Shown here: positions 49,960 to 62,529 of the stretch, in pieces | Position numbering within the stretch: the stretch's first letter is position 1 | How the letters are laid out: every line of letters begins with the position of its first letter | Assembly (NCBI GenBank): GCA_965655095.1 | Contig: OZ296649.1 | Span: 66,030,001-66,094,000, forward strand | Source: Haplodiscus bocki | Lineage: Eukaryota | Length of the DNA stretch: 64,000 bases | Direction: 5' to 3' | The notes under the pieces: model-generated | Told to the model about the DNA's origin: nothing | What the model saw: only the letters and a program-made list of their open reading frames with translations | Databases searched by the model: none | Program-made: the position numbers and the translations under genes

Positions 49960-51700
49960 TAATTGAATGAACTAAATGGGAAAACTTTATGTGAAAAAAA
50001 AATGTTTTTTAACGATTCGACGTTTTTGTGGTGTTATTTGCCAAAGAAACCTGAAAACCAAGCCAACTTTGGCCAATCTGACCAATATTGTCAAACTATG
50101 AGTTGTTTTTATTCTTATGAAGAGCTCGAAAAAACCTGACTTTTACACAGTGAGAACAAAAATACTCTGCTTTGTAACAAATTGTTTTGCCAATTGGGGA
50201 TCAATGTTTTTCGATTCTTCTTTGCAACAGAAACCTGGAAATCGAGTTATATTTCTTCTTTTTGACACGAGATTTGTTTTATTAATGGCCATTTGTTTCC
50301 TCATACAGAGCTTCAGAGCAACTTACTACTGCACTATTAGACTTTTTTCCACACAGTGCTTTTTGGCTCCCGTCCAGCAGTTTTTGACTGTTTTATGCAA
50401 AAAAATGGAAAATGGAGCTAATTTCAACCACTCCGATAAAAGATGTCAGATTATGAGTTCCTTCTTTTCGTATGCAGGGCTTCAAATTGCTTCAACTTTA
50501 GTGAGTGCTTTAAGTACGACCCTTTTTTATCACATACTAAATTTCAGTGGCAGTGCCACAGTTTTAGATTGTTTTTTTCCGAGAGGGAATCTTGAAAATT
50601 GATCGTTTTTGGTTCTTCAAAAAAAACTTGTGCGATTCGTATTTTTTCTGGTACCTAGCCATTCGATTTTCTTTAATATTGAATAGTCAAAACAAGAAGA
50701 CTCAAATAAATCAGATTGTCGAAGTTTGTGTTGGTGGCGATGTTTTTCGATTGATTTTCCTTCGTACAGATCTTGAAAACCGAGCTTTTTGAACATTCTC
50801 TGTAAGTCTTAAGTCCATTGTACTTGATACATGTTCAAGAAAAACCCTTAGTTTGTCATGGAAGTAAAAAATGTTACAACTTTTTTCACGTACCTTTTTG
50901 TGGCCGAGATGAAAAGTTTCGTTGACTTTTCCTACGAAAGAAACCTGGAAATCGAATTTACTTTGGCCGTATGAATTTGTATTTCAATTTGCTTCCTTTC
51001 AACTTCGCACCTAGGTCATCAAGGTAAATGTGTTTTTTATAGTTTCACTTAAATGCTCCTATTTGTGAGATGAAACGTTTTTGGATCGTCGTCAATGTTT
51101 CTTGATAGGTTTTCCTACCAAAAAAAATTGAAAACTTAGTCTTTTTGTAGTTTTTTTTGGTCGATTTGAAGCCTTTATACTCGATGTAAGTCCGAAATAG
51201 ATCCATTTTGTTAACACAGCTAATGGAAAACGTTAAATGAATATCTCTCAAGCTTTAGCAGTGGTCAGAGACCAGAGAATTTTCGATAGGTTTTTCGGGA
51301 ATAGAAACTTGAAAAACTTGCTTGAAGTTTTTGTTGAACTTTTTCCATTGTTTTCTTACAATGTTTCAAGATAGACGCCTGAAAATTGCTAAGATTCTCC
51401 ATTGGCATTAAAAAAGGCCAGTTGTTTGAGCGTGTAACTTCTGCTTGAAATCGGGCAATTTATATTCGTTTTTTCTCGCAACAAACGATACATATTTCCA
51501 GGAAGTGTTTTAATGGCTATTTGAACTTTTTGTAAGTCTTTACTCCTATATCGTAGACGTGGAGACCCTAAAGTGAATTAGGTTTTGCAATAAAGTAACT
51601 CAAACACTCCATCGTATAACACATTAACCTTTAGTGGCAGTTATGTGTTTTTTTAAGTTTTCGTGAAAAACATTGAAAGCGAATAATTTTAAGATTTTTC
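49960..51700. repeat. Second degenerate ~180-bp tandem family
   Basis: AAACCTGGAAATCGA-like anchor at ~50047, 50231, 50402, 50588, 50769, 50941, 51124 and 51305. Confidence 0.55.
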
Positions 51701-53213
51701 AAAAGTGTAGATTCATGTCAAATCCGTGAAGTACCAAGGCTTCAATTGAAAAGTAGTGGCACGATTTCTTAGTCTATTCGGAAGCTCCTGCCGCGAGTTT
51801 GGCACTGGGTTTGTTTTGCTTATGTTTTTTGTTTTGCTTATGTTTTTTGTTTGCTTCCGAATCGTGACCAGCCGAAGTTGCGGAAAATGTTGATTTTATT
51901 CACATCTCGACTTCAAAATCATAATTTTATATAACTACGAGCTTCAATTCTTCCATCGAGGTCTTAAGCAACACCTCTTCAATAAAAAAAGCTATCCAAT
52001 AGAAAAATGATAGATCTTGATCTCTGCATCGGAATCGTGTTAGTAATGGTATTATTTTTAACGTATCCCGAATTTGAATTTCTCATTTCTTCATAACAAT
52101 TGATTTCGCTTCTTCCATGAAAGTTTTAATTGATAGCTTTCTAACTGTAGAAGGGTTCGGCAGTTAAAATTCCATCAATTTTCCAGAATGAACAGAATTG
52201 TCATGATTGGCTGAAAATACCGAAAGTATCAACTGTTAATGCATTTTTGTCAGTACTCAAACTCATAATTTTCTAAAGCTCTTCTGCGATTTAGCACTAC
52301 TTGCGCAAGTGTAATACAGTTGTATCATGAACTAGATGTAATAATGGAGAATCAAAGATGAAAATAGAGGCTACAAATCTTCCGACAAGGTCTCAATTGG
52401 AATTCACTTGTTGTATGTTCGATCATTCATTTCTTTATCCCTTTGACAGAAAATATCGCAGAGCGACTGCGCTTCTCGTTCAAAATTATCCTTAAGTTAC
52501 TGTAAATACTGCTAATTAAAACCAATGCCCAAAGCGATGACGAGCAAAGTGATTTTACTCTGGCGAAAACTGTAGAAATGAACATGAGGCCAATTTGGCA
52601 TTACAGTAACAAAAGAGACTCCAGTGTATCACACCCTATATTTTAGTTGCAGTCAGGTGCTTTTTTGATAGGTTTAAAAAATAAAAAATGTATCCGCTGC
52701 TTACCTTCATTAGTCCACTAATATGACAATACAAAACTCGGTATAACAACTTTTTACCAAAAAATTGCCCCACGGTCCCGAAAGTTCAGTAGAGGGCACT
52801 TTGGATACCGAACCGGGCCTACACCCAGAGCAGTTCTATGTTTTCACTGGATTCGGTATCATCTTTAGACATCTTAGAAATGGAAATGAACCCGAGATTG
52901 TCCAATGTTTGTTTCCCTTAAAACTTTGATTGATCACTCTTTCTTCTGTTGTTCATTTGCGTCGAATACCTGGTGCAAAAAAAGAGACACTCTAATAGTC
53001 TAATTGTATAGTTGATCCTTATTCGTGGAAAAAGCGCTCTTTCAAAAAGGTCTAATGCAAACACTTGTTACAAAAATTGCCCGGGGGATTTATTGAAGCT
53101 ATTATTTTTGGAAGCAAACTTGGAGTCAGTTTTCAAAACGGAATGCATATCAAAAAAAGTATTGTTAAGTTTGCAGGAATTAATCTTCATGATTTTTAGT
53201 TGTCCAAAACTTT

Positions 53214-53423
53214 CTATTGTTCCTGTAAGCTGGGGTCAGTGTATGTTTCCTGGGACACAGTGAGTAACGCATTGTAGTTTTTAGCAGCTGGAGGGTCTAT
53301 TTCTGGCTGGTGGACTGGATACGCATAGGGATCCCTTTCCAGAGCATATCTTATCGATTTGTCCAGAGGCACAAATGGTTTCTGGTATCCAGCTTTGTAA
53401 GTTGTGTCAAAATAGTGGTCATA
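53214..53423 (-). CDS. CFAP68: CFAP68 (C11orf1/UPF0686) last coding exon
   Basis: TTTTAG acceptor, then YDHYFDTTYKAGY...ERDPYAYPVHQPEIDPP...QEQ*. Resembles the HYFETTY and REPHWFPGHQPELDPP motifs I recall for vertebrate C11orf1. Phase-0 join with the upstream exon. Confidence 0.9.
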   Translation of the reverse strand, partial: YDHYFDTTYKAGYQKPFVPLDKSIRYALERDPYAYPVHQPEIDPPAAKNYNALLTVSQETYTDPSLQEQ

Positions 53424-53785
53424 CTAAAAGTAAAGTGACAACTCAAAAATACAATATTTGATGAAACAGCAACAACGAAATGGCAGTATGTGCACAAAAA
53501 AAAGAAAACTTTACTTTTAATTTCTGGTTTTAAAAAACTGTTAATTTTTATCACTGCTCGAAAAATTACTTGATTGTTATTCTGGTTTCACTCTCATGCA
53601 TTTAATACCGAAATAAACACGTCTAACTGGAACTGATTCTCCAGTCTTTTAATTGGTTCAATTCTCGTATTCCCTGTCAAGATCCTGAAAATCCTTTAAA
53701 AACGAAAAAAATTGGCTTTTCAACATTGTGTAAATTAATAACTGACAGAAAATTTTCTGACTTCTCTACCAACAGTTAGAAGTAA

Positions 53786-55020
53786 GAACAAACAATTGAC
53801 TAACCTCTGGCGAAAGTTTAATTATGGCGTATACTTACAATTAGGTAATACTAGTTTTCAGCCCTGACATTTTACTTTAGTTTTTTTTTCTGAAATTTTT
53901 GTTTATCGATTAAAAATTTGCTCAACGATTGCCAAAATGTCCAAGTTTTACTTAATTAGAAACATCTGTTGCATAAGAAACCTTTCAGGGGCACAATAGA
54001 AATTCCGTGAAATTAATAAATTATCACGATGACAAAGTTTTGATTGCACGCAATATTTATATTGCATGCAAACATTTTGTAGAAGTTCCCTACAGTAGTA
54101 AAATTTTCCTGTATATAAATTTTTACATTCATCATGCAAAAATTGTAAAAAGTGTCAAAATCATGTGAAATTTCTATGGAAGCTCCTGCAGGGAACTTTT
54201 ACAAAATGTTTTCATGCAACATACAAAAGGTGGATTACCAAATGACATAAGACCAGTAAACATAAAATTGAAAACAGTCTCACTAAACATGAAAATTAAA
54301 TCTCGTACAGACAAAATTTTCTGATTGGCTCAAATCTACATGCGTACTTTCCCTTAACTCTGTTATAATATAGTCAGCGGGTGTTGTTACGAGCAAAAGA
54401 TTGTTACTAATGGGGGAAAGTAAAAATCTCAAAGCATAGCAAGGGCACACATAACGGCTGCCGAGCGGTCGGATTGGGCAATGTCGAGATGCCGAAGGTG
54501 TTGGTTTCAATGCTAATAGTATTTCAAATCCCTTTCCGGCTGTTATTAGCACAATCGTACTCATTATGTATAATAGTTATTGATAAATTTGTGTTTTCGT
54601 GAGACAACCTCTAAATTTATGTTTAGTGGTCTTATGTCATTTGGTACGTCATCATACAAAATCCGATTGCAGCAGATACATTTCAATATTAACGAAATTT
54701 TTTATGCAGCTTGTAAAAATTCTGATGCACATTTCCAAATACTGCGTGCATTCAAAATTTTGAAATCATAATAAATTATTAATTTCACGGATTTTCTATT
54801 GTGCGCCCTGAAAGGTGTCATATGAACAGATGTTTCTCATTAGGTAAAGATAGGACATTTTAGCAATCTCTGAGCAAATTTTTGATCGAAAAACAAAAAT
54901 TTTAGAACAAAAATACTGAACTAAAATGTTAGGGCTCAAAATTGGTATTACTTAAGTAAGACCGTACGTACACGCCATGATTAGAAACGTTCCTAAGAGT
55001 TAGATCGATAGCTTGTTCTG
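53786..55020. mobile_element. Fold-back/MITE-like element in the CFAP68 intron with ~300-bp inverted arms
   Basis: 53786-54090 is a diverged reverse complement of 54705-55020. Nested inverted pair at 54062-54095 / 54186-54219. Outer limits may extend to ~53670 and ~55283. Confidence 0.8.
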
Positions 55021-55653
55021 GCTGTATGTGGAGAGGTCACAAGATAGCTAGTACAACTTTGCAGAGGTGAAAGATTGTACAAAAAGGTTGTTAAAGTAAA
55101 TTGTGATGGGGAAAATGTTGTCAATATTTTGCAAGGAAGTTTTATAAAAATTTTGCATGTTGCATGGAAATCTTGTACGATTTTTCCAAGCAAGATCCTT
55201 GAATTGTCTATGTTCTATAAAAATTATCTATCCATGCATGCAATAATGCAACACAAAATTTTCATGCAAGTTCCACTCGGTTAGTCTCCGAACTTTCACA
55301 TCAGGCTGGAATGGCTCAATGGCATTACTTTAGAATTCACCAAACACGCAAAATTGGTGCTGAGTTGAAAATTTTTGAGAATTTGTAATCATTTTGTTTG
55401 CTAAACAGACATCCGTTACAAGATTCTGTAAGGAGCCATTGCAACATTAAATGAGCAAAATATGCCTTATCCAAGAATAAAGAAACAGTTAGCGTTCATT
55501 TCGCCCCACATTCATTTCATCCACGTCCATTTCCCACCTTGATGGGGTAACATGATTTTGGGGTGAAATAAATCTCGAATCAAATGATACCAAACCAAAG
55601 AAACATACGGTCTCCAATATCAAGATGTGTAAGCCTAATTTATAGCTAAATAC

Positions 55654-56072
55654 TAGGGATGTGCAATTTATTTAATTGAGAATTGAATTTCAATTATTTC
55701 CCCTGGATTGAATTGAATTGACTTAATTGCCGCGAATTGAAAAATTCAATTCTATTCGTTAACATTGTTGTTGGCAACAAAAAAATGTCGTTAAGTATCA
55801 CAAGTTTTTGTGTTTCCAGATTTGACTAAATTTAGACGACATTAAATAGGTATTTTCTATCCAAAACTAAAAATTTTGAATCAAAAGTATCTCAGAAAAC
55901 TACGCCCGGAATCGTGAAAGCAAATATATCCTTAGAATGGTGATTTTCCACGTGACTATTTTGGAAATTTCAAGACGGCGTGCATTCAATTGATTATGCA
56001 TTGAATTGCAATTCATGCCCTCGAAGTGAATTGGAACTGAATTGAAAAAATATCATAAATTGCACATGCTTA
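55654..56072. mobile_element. hAT-type MITE
   Basis: TIRs TAGGGATGTGCAATTTAT / ATAAATTGCACATGCTTA; 8-bp TSD CTAAATAC/CTAAATAT; subterminal AATTG repeats. Confidence 0.88.
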
Positions 56073-57249
56073 CTAAATATATTGACCGAAAACTTTAAAA
56101 AAGTAATTCATGGTGGTCACACTATGTTTACACCATCAGTCATGGCGAAAATATTCATGCCATGAAACTTGTGACCATGGTCGGACAACCGTGATCACGG
56201 CCGGAATACCGTGATTATTGTAACATCACGCCAAGGGCATGTAGGTTATGTTTCTCAAAGTCGGTGAGCATACAAAATTCATTGCCTTGTATGCTTGGTT
56301 ACGATAGCAAAGCCTAGTCTCCCACCGCAGGATTAACTTGATGAGAGTGCATGTATGTACAAATGACCTCATAGATCCCTGCCCCGCAGATACAAGTTAA
56401 TAATAACGCCTTGGACCCATCGGAGCAATAAAGTGAAAAACGTTTTCAGCCATGTGGTTTCATTTCACGAAGTTCAACGTTTTCCACAATGAATGGAGCA
56501 ACTTTTTTGTTTCAGTTCAATGCAGAGAGAATGCTAAGAGTGACCTTATGTTCCAAGTGTATGAAATGAAGTTTTTTGAAAAGAAAAATGATTTTTTGGA
56601 AAACATTTGCAATCAGCAATATTTCTGGTAGGAATACTCTTTCGAGACACAACAACAAAAACTGAGTAAAGAGTAACAGTCAAACAACAGCTCCATTGAT
56701 ATTACCGTCTTCATGTATTGCGATAAGGTAAAGCTAAATATTTCAGTTTTGTTTCGATTACTACACAAAAGGTTCATTACCGAAAACGTACTAAAGTTTT
56801 AGAGGAGATGCATATCTAGCAAAATGTTTGTGCTATTCCACGTACATAGCCAGATTGTAAATTTAAATTTCCCAAAGCTGTAGGAAACGCCTAGTAACTA
56901 GGGCATCATTTCATAACTCTTCAGACATCGGCCTGATTCCTGAATTTTAGAAAATCAGTATAAATTACTTCAATTCTTTGAAATATTTACTTTCAAGAAA
57001 ATTCTTCTAGTATAAATATTCGTCAATAAAATTTGGACTTTAAATGGGCCTCTTTCAAAATCGCATGCAGTGCATGGCTACTTTTGTTGCCTTCCATAAT
57101 TCCGAGTAAATATTGAGAACAAAATTTTTTCAAAAACGTCTTCCGTGGAAAAGAATCTTCGAAAACATTGCATATGAATGACTCTATGAACAGGTTTCAA
57201 TATCTGGTGAAAACAAAGTAGTAATTGAGGTAACCAATTGCAAACTTAC

Positions 57250-57480
57250 TTCAGATGGTAGAGTTGGCATTCGTTTTCGGTACTCTAGGTCAGCCCTTTC
57301 TTCACTCCAGTTGCCTATCAGAGCACCTGGTTGAATATGTTTGTATGTGTCTTCTTGAGTCGTCGATCTCCATCCATATAAGGCCAGTTCCGTGGTTCTA
57401 TTGTCTGCGTACACCTCTCCATAAGTGGTTGCCCTCGTCTCATAATGGAATGGAGGCACATCCATTCGGGATAAACTCAT
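57250..57480 (-). CDS. CFAP68: CFAP68 (C11orf1/UPF0686) first coding exon
   Basis: MSLSRMD...GEVYAD...YGWRSTTQEDTY...LIGNWSEERADL...TLPSE, then GTAAGT donor at 57249. Matches recalled GEVW/YGWRCTT/LMGNWNQER motifs. An AG acceptor sits 19 nt upstream of the ATG. Confidence 0.92.
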
Positions 57481-57928
57481 TTCACACTGATTTGACACTC
57501 TAAAACACACAAAAACAAGAATTCTGAAAAAATACCTGTCGCAGCACATATGTGAAGCCTGCGGGAAAGAGTTGCCCGAAGAAAGGAGCATCCCCAGGTT
57601 TTAAAGGAATTGAGCGAACTGAATAAAAAACGATTAACTTCACAATTTTTACATCGATTATATTTTCATGTAATTGATCCGTATTATATACGGATCACCA
57701 TACCAGACTGCTCCAGACTAGGACAGAACCGTTATTATTCACAGTGCTTCCTTACTCGAAAGCTGCTATTTTTATATTGGTGTAATTATTTTATTTAAAA
57801 AAATTCCACCTTCTGAATGTAATTAATTTGATTGAATGTAACAAGTGCTTGAACATGGCGGTTTATGATAATAGAGCTAAATGGCAGCGTGATTTTATAC
57901 AACGTGAAAAACTCTAGGAAAGATTCTT

Positions 57929-59140
57929 TGTTCCGTACGTGTTCCGTTGCCACTAGTCTGATGACGTCACAATCATCCCAATCACTAAGCTGTGCCGTAA
58001 TATTATACTGAATACGGAGTGAAACCATATTCACTCCTGATTTGCGCTCAGTTTGATTGACCTGACTGTCACTACTAATGAATAGGGAGATTCTCTGGAG
58101 CATACTAGCAGCTACTCATCTGAATGAGGAGCAAACCTGTAGTCCTACTAGTTTCTTATCTTTTCTGGAGACAAACATTAATTAGCTAATCAATGACGAA
58201 ACTTGCATGAAAGACCATGATCATTTTTATTTTTAATTGTCATTGATCTTTTTCCATACTTGCCACTATAATTTCTTGAATCTTTTCCTACTCTCAATTA
58301 AGGAAACTGTTTTTTCTCCAATTGCGGAATATCTATAAATTTGCTTCTAAATAACATGCCTGCGGGGGTATAAACACTTAAATGTCCGTTTTCGATGGAA
58401 TAGGTCCGTCCTACTTCTGTCGAAAGATGGAAAACACTCGTCTCATGAGGAAACAAATGGACTATTTCCCGCCAAAGTCGGCATCTTCAATTCAATGCTC
58501 TAGTGATAAAAGTACTGTTACCTAATTGTACATTGACTTGGCGTGTAAGCGATTATGTTTCCTGCCAAGGAAAAGGTATAAAAAGGCAAAACGGAAGTAT
58601 AGCATTCGCAATAAATGTACTGATGCTATTAACCAGTAACTGTGTTTTCGAAAACTTGGTTTTTCTTTCCTTCTCAACTGTTGTTAGAAAAAATAATTCA
58701 GTCTTCAACGCTGTTGATTATTTTTTCCCTCTTTGCAAAAGGCAACTCTTAGAAAAAAAGAAAGTTTGAAGGCATCAACAGGGATAAATAAGAGGAACAT
58801 CTCAGGAACAACCAAGCAAGGGACACAAATGTTCCAAGAATTCAGGAGGATTACATTACTCGGTTGTCAGAGGAAATTGAGGGTAGAGTGACAAAGAAAC
58901 TGTCCCAGGAGTTCAGTAGGACAGAGAACCGCATTTTGGGCGCCCTGTCTAAACTAGATGAGTTGCCTCTGAAACTGCAAGCCCGGGTTCACTCAGGATT
59001 TATTCCGGAGACATCGCGGAATTCAAATAAAGAGAACTAGGAAACAAATGAGGATCGTTCCCAGAGTGATCCTTATCCTGAAGTGAGTGTATCCTTGAGT
59101 CAGTCATTCCAAAAAATCAACCCAGACGAGACTTCTTACG
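57929..59140 (+). mobile_element. Solo LTR-like element, family B copy 3 (frameshifted ORF from ~58740)
   Basis: TGTTCCGTACG start, TGACGTCA at 57962, SEEIEGRVTKKLSQEFSRTENRILGALSKLDE coding remnant. Confidence 0.75.
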
Positions 59141-59374
59141 TTACCTAAAAACTAGACTACAGATGGTGAATATGGTAACCACAAATGAAACCGGTAGAAG
59201 TGGCAAACTCATTAGAGAGGACGATAAAAGTCTTAAAAATTAGTCTTGATTAAAATAAGAAAACACATGGCCTTGAAAGTGATCTTTGCTTATTTACTTG
59301 AACACCAAAGTGTCACCCCAAGAAGTTTTTCGATACTCTACGACGAAAAATTTGACAAAAACAGTGATACCCCC

Positions 59375-59720
59375 CATCAAATTTGTCGTAGAATGCGTAT
59401 GAAATAGTTATATTCCTTTAAAATGTACGGAAAAAAGGTCTTTTTGAAAAATTTTTGTGATTTTTTTGAGAAAATTTGATTTTTTTTATAATTGAGAAAA
59501 GGTTGAAGGTTGCAAATTTCCAGTAGAATGCAATGCGTATTAAACGGTAAAATTTCCTTGAAATGTTTTTTTGCCAAAAATTTAGATTTTTTTGAATTAA
59601 ACAAAATTTTTTTGAAAAAAAATTTAGGAGTTTTTTGGGAGAAAATGTAAAAATTGCTCTGAAAAGCATGCAGAATTGTAAGTTTTTTGAAAAACATTTT
59701 TTTCTAATAGTTTGAAGGCG
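59375..59720. repeat. Degenerate ~135-bp tandem repeat (~2.5 copies)
   Basis: CAAATTT...GTAGAATGCGTAT-like motif at ~59378, 59513 and 59648. Confidence 0.55.
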
Positions 59721-61728
59721 GAAAATATCTCGGTTAAAACCGGGCGTCTTGTAAAACTTGGGCTCGTGCAGTTTTTTAATCTCGGGTCTTTAACTTCAGT
59801 AAGTAGCCGTCTATTAGGAGACTCCTTTGTTTTCAGAGCAAAAAAGTTCAAAAATTGTAGCAAAATCTCAAGTTGACAGCTGGACTCGAATGGTTGTCCA
59901 GAAGATACTGTTGGCCGAAAGGGTAGAACAGAGGCCTTTACCCATAGGTTCGGGTTGGAAATTAACCAACTCTAACTCTAATTTTTTTTTTTTGGGGGGG
60001 GGGGGGTAAAACGTCAATTTTATAAAATGTTGTATTGCACTTCCCATTTCAGCGCTCCAAAAATTGAATTTCCCCCAACTATATATCTTGAGCTGGCAAG
60101 ACCAGCTTCAGCTATCCGGCCTCTATCTTTTCCCATCAACCTCCGAATATTTTTAGCGCTTCGAGCCAAAGCGCTCATGTTTACTTGTGGTTTTTTAATC
60201 ATATCATTTCGCAATTTTGCGATATCTTCGGGAAATTCTTTCTGAAACCGCATGCATCTCGGAGCCTATAACAATTACCGGTCTAATTTTTTCAGATTCT
60301 TGAGTAGAAAGTTTAGGCGTTCTTTGGAGAACAAGTCTTCGCTCACAGGGTTTTTGACAGATTTTTTAGAGGGTTAAAGTTTTATGAATAGCTTTCATTT
60401 TTGCAGAAAATGGAGAAAAATCTGCGTTTTTTTTCTGGAGTTCACCCTGTATATTGCACTTCACCCAGTGAATTCGATAGTAGGATAAACAGCTACATCT
60501 GTTGTACTAACTCATTCTAGAAGAACATATAGCGAAAAATTTTCAGTTAGCCGAAACTTCTATAGAAAATAAAGTTTTCCGGAAATTCTTCACATTTTGC
60601 TTGAAAGCTATTTTTCAGCTACGTTCTCTAGATCATTTGTTTTACCTGTTGGTTGATGGCACCTTCTTCCAATCATCTCCAGTTGCGTTTACTGGCAATC
60701 CCAATGTCTTTTGTGTTCTCAAGAAGTGAGTCTTAAATTTTTTTCAGTTCCAAGTGGAAACATTTTATCACCATAGATATCACAGTTTTGCTTTTTGGTT
60801 AGTTCGGTGTACAGCTGGTGCAACAAGCTTTTTTTGCCAGGAGTCAAGTTCCTTCTGAGTTCATGGGTGCTTGTAGTCAAAGTCAAAGCGCATAGTTTTT
60901 GAACTTATGTTTATTTATCAAGCAGCCTGTGTGAACAAAAAGAACCCACTGTAATAGTAGATTGGTTGGGGGGATTGGCGAAAAAAGAGCTGAAACTATT
61001 CATAAGATAATTAGTTTTGCATCATGACTTTTTCATTCCCATGAATAGGTTGTCAATTGACTAAGAATGCTAAGTAAATTTCATCTCTCGGTGGTCCACC
61101 TGGGAACGTTAGGTCAGATCCTTTTTTTACTGAATGCTGACTTGTAATTGACAAGACTTATTCAATGATTCAATGACTTATTCATTATGAATTGTGAGTT
61201 GCAGAGGGGGATTAATTTGTTGGGAAACTAACGAAAAGATACAGGCTCTTTATATATCCCCATCAGTGAAATTTTGTGCTTCTCCAAAAAGCTGCAAAAT
61301 TACATTTCATAATTTATTTGCATAATTTTTGATCGAAATTTTCGGTTATTCCGTGCGATAGGGTGATAATAAAATTAACTTATTTTGAAACTATTAATTA
61401 TAGATGGCATATCAGAAAACTAACCTCAGTTGAATTGGTTTTTGAAGCTGTAGACTTCGTAGCAGAACAACTGAAGCGATGCTTTGATATTGAATGTATA
61501 TACTGAAATGATGAACAAAACTCATCTTTTCGCACGTGCTAAATTCGAAATACTTTCAAACGGCTATTTTGAGGCGTTTTAGTTTCTTGTTTTTTCTATT
61601 ATTTTTGATGATGTGCATTCAAACCAGCTCAATTCAGTTTAAAAAAATTGGCTGGTAGTCAACGTGATTTTTAAACACATAGAAGGCGCTACAAGATGAA
61701 AAAAAACAAATCGGTAGATTTCGTCGGT

Positions 61729-62233
61729 TCTCTGGTTGGAAAAACATGGCCACCATAACAATATCACGGCGAAAACATGTCCATGGTCATGCTGTGACGA
61801 CGGCATGGCGGCCACGTTTCTTGGTATGGTCGCCATGACCCATCGCATGATCATGGTTTGATCAACATGTTTTCCATCTTCTTTCTAAAAAAAATAGAAC
61901 TTTTGTCAAATTTTTCTCACCTAGTTGACGTAATACACCATTATATGGATCACTTGACTGACTTTGGAAGGATTTACACTCTAAAGTGCCGAGTCACCAA
62001 AATTGCTTGAAAATTACTCCAGAAAGGCTTAGAGGTTTATTGCTCTATTTATCGGACAGCAAGTCCATATATAAGAATAATTTCAATATAACATATATTA
62101 CAGCTTTTTGTTATTTTTGGTTATTTCAAAGTTTTGAGAAATAGATCAATGATAGTAAGCGGCTGTAAGAAAACTTCTGATGAGTTCTTTCAACACATTC
62201 CTCCATAAAAAATGGCAGATCCACACCTGGGTA
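61729..62233. mobile_element. CATG-rich MITE-like element; a related partial inverted copy lies at ~56100-56265
   Basis: Ends CTCTGGTTGGA... / ...TCCACACCTGGGTA; clustered CATGG/CCATG subterminal motifs. Confidence 0.5.
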
Positions 62234-62529
62234 CTAATGAACAAAATTGGCTAGATAATTGACGGGTAATTGACGACGTCATACGTTGACTTCTTAATCA
62301 TACGTTCGATTAGATGGATTTTTCTAGACTTAGTGCTTGGAGCCTCGCTTTGCAATTTTTTGATTATTCTCGATTTCTTGCCCAGATCTGGCCAGTACCT
62401 TTGCCGAAAAATTAGGAACTTTTAAGTTTTGAGTGAAAAATCCAAAACAATAGATTTTAGGAAATAACCGTCCTAGTTAAGCACATGTATTTTATTTTTG
62501 ATTTTCTGGTGTTTTTGATTCCACTCTAT

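Noticed and set aside
52804-52860. Hairpin GATACCGAA...TTCGGTATC downstream of CFAP68
   Set aside because: A single 9-bp stem with a long loop is expected by chance in 64 kb.
54455-54515. tRNA gene (GCCGAGCGG A-box-like, GGTTTCAATGC B-box-like)
   Set aside because: No cloverleaf can be formed; at most a decayed tRNA-derived SINE head.
57481-57591. N-terminal extension of ORF 57184-57591 (and its tail 57184-57249)
   Set aside because: Homology covers only 57480-57250. The rest is read-through past a splice acceptor and the GTAAGT donor.
60020-60900. Possible transposase or host exon remnant (RFQKEFPEDIAKLRNDMIKK...)
   Set aside because: Coding-like but with stops, and no motif or splice structure I can identify.
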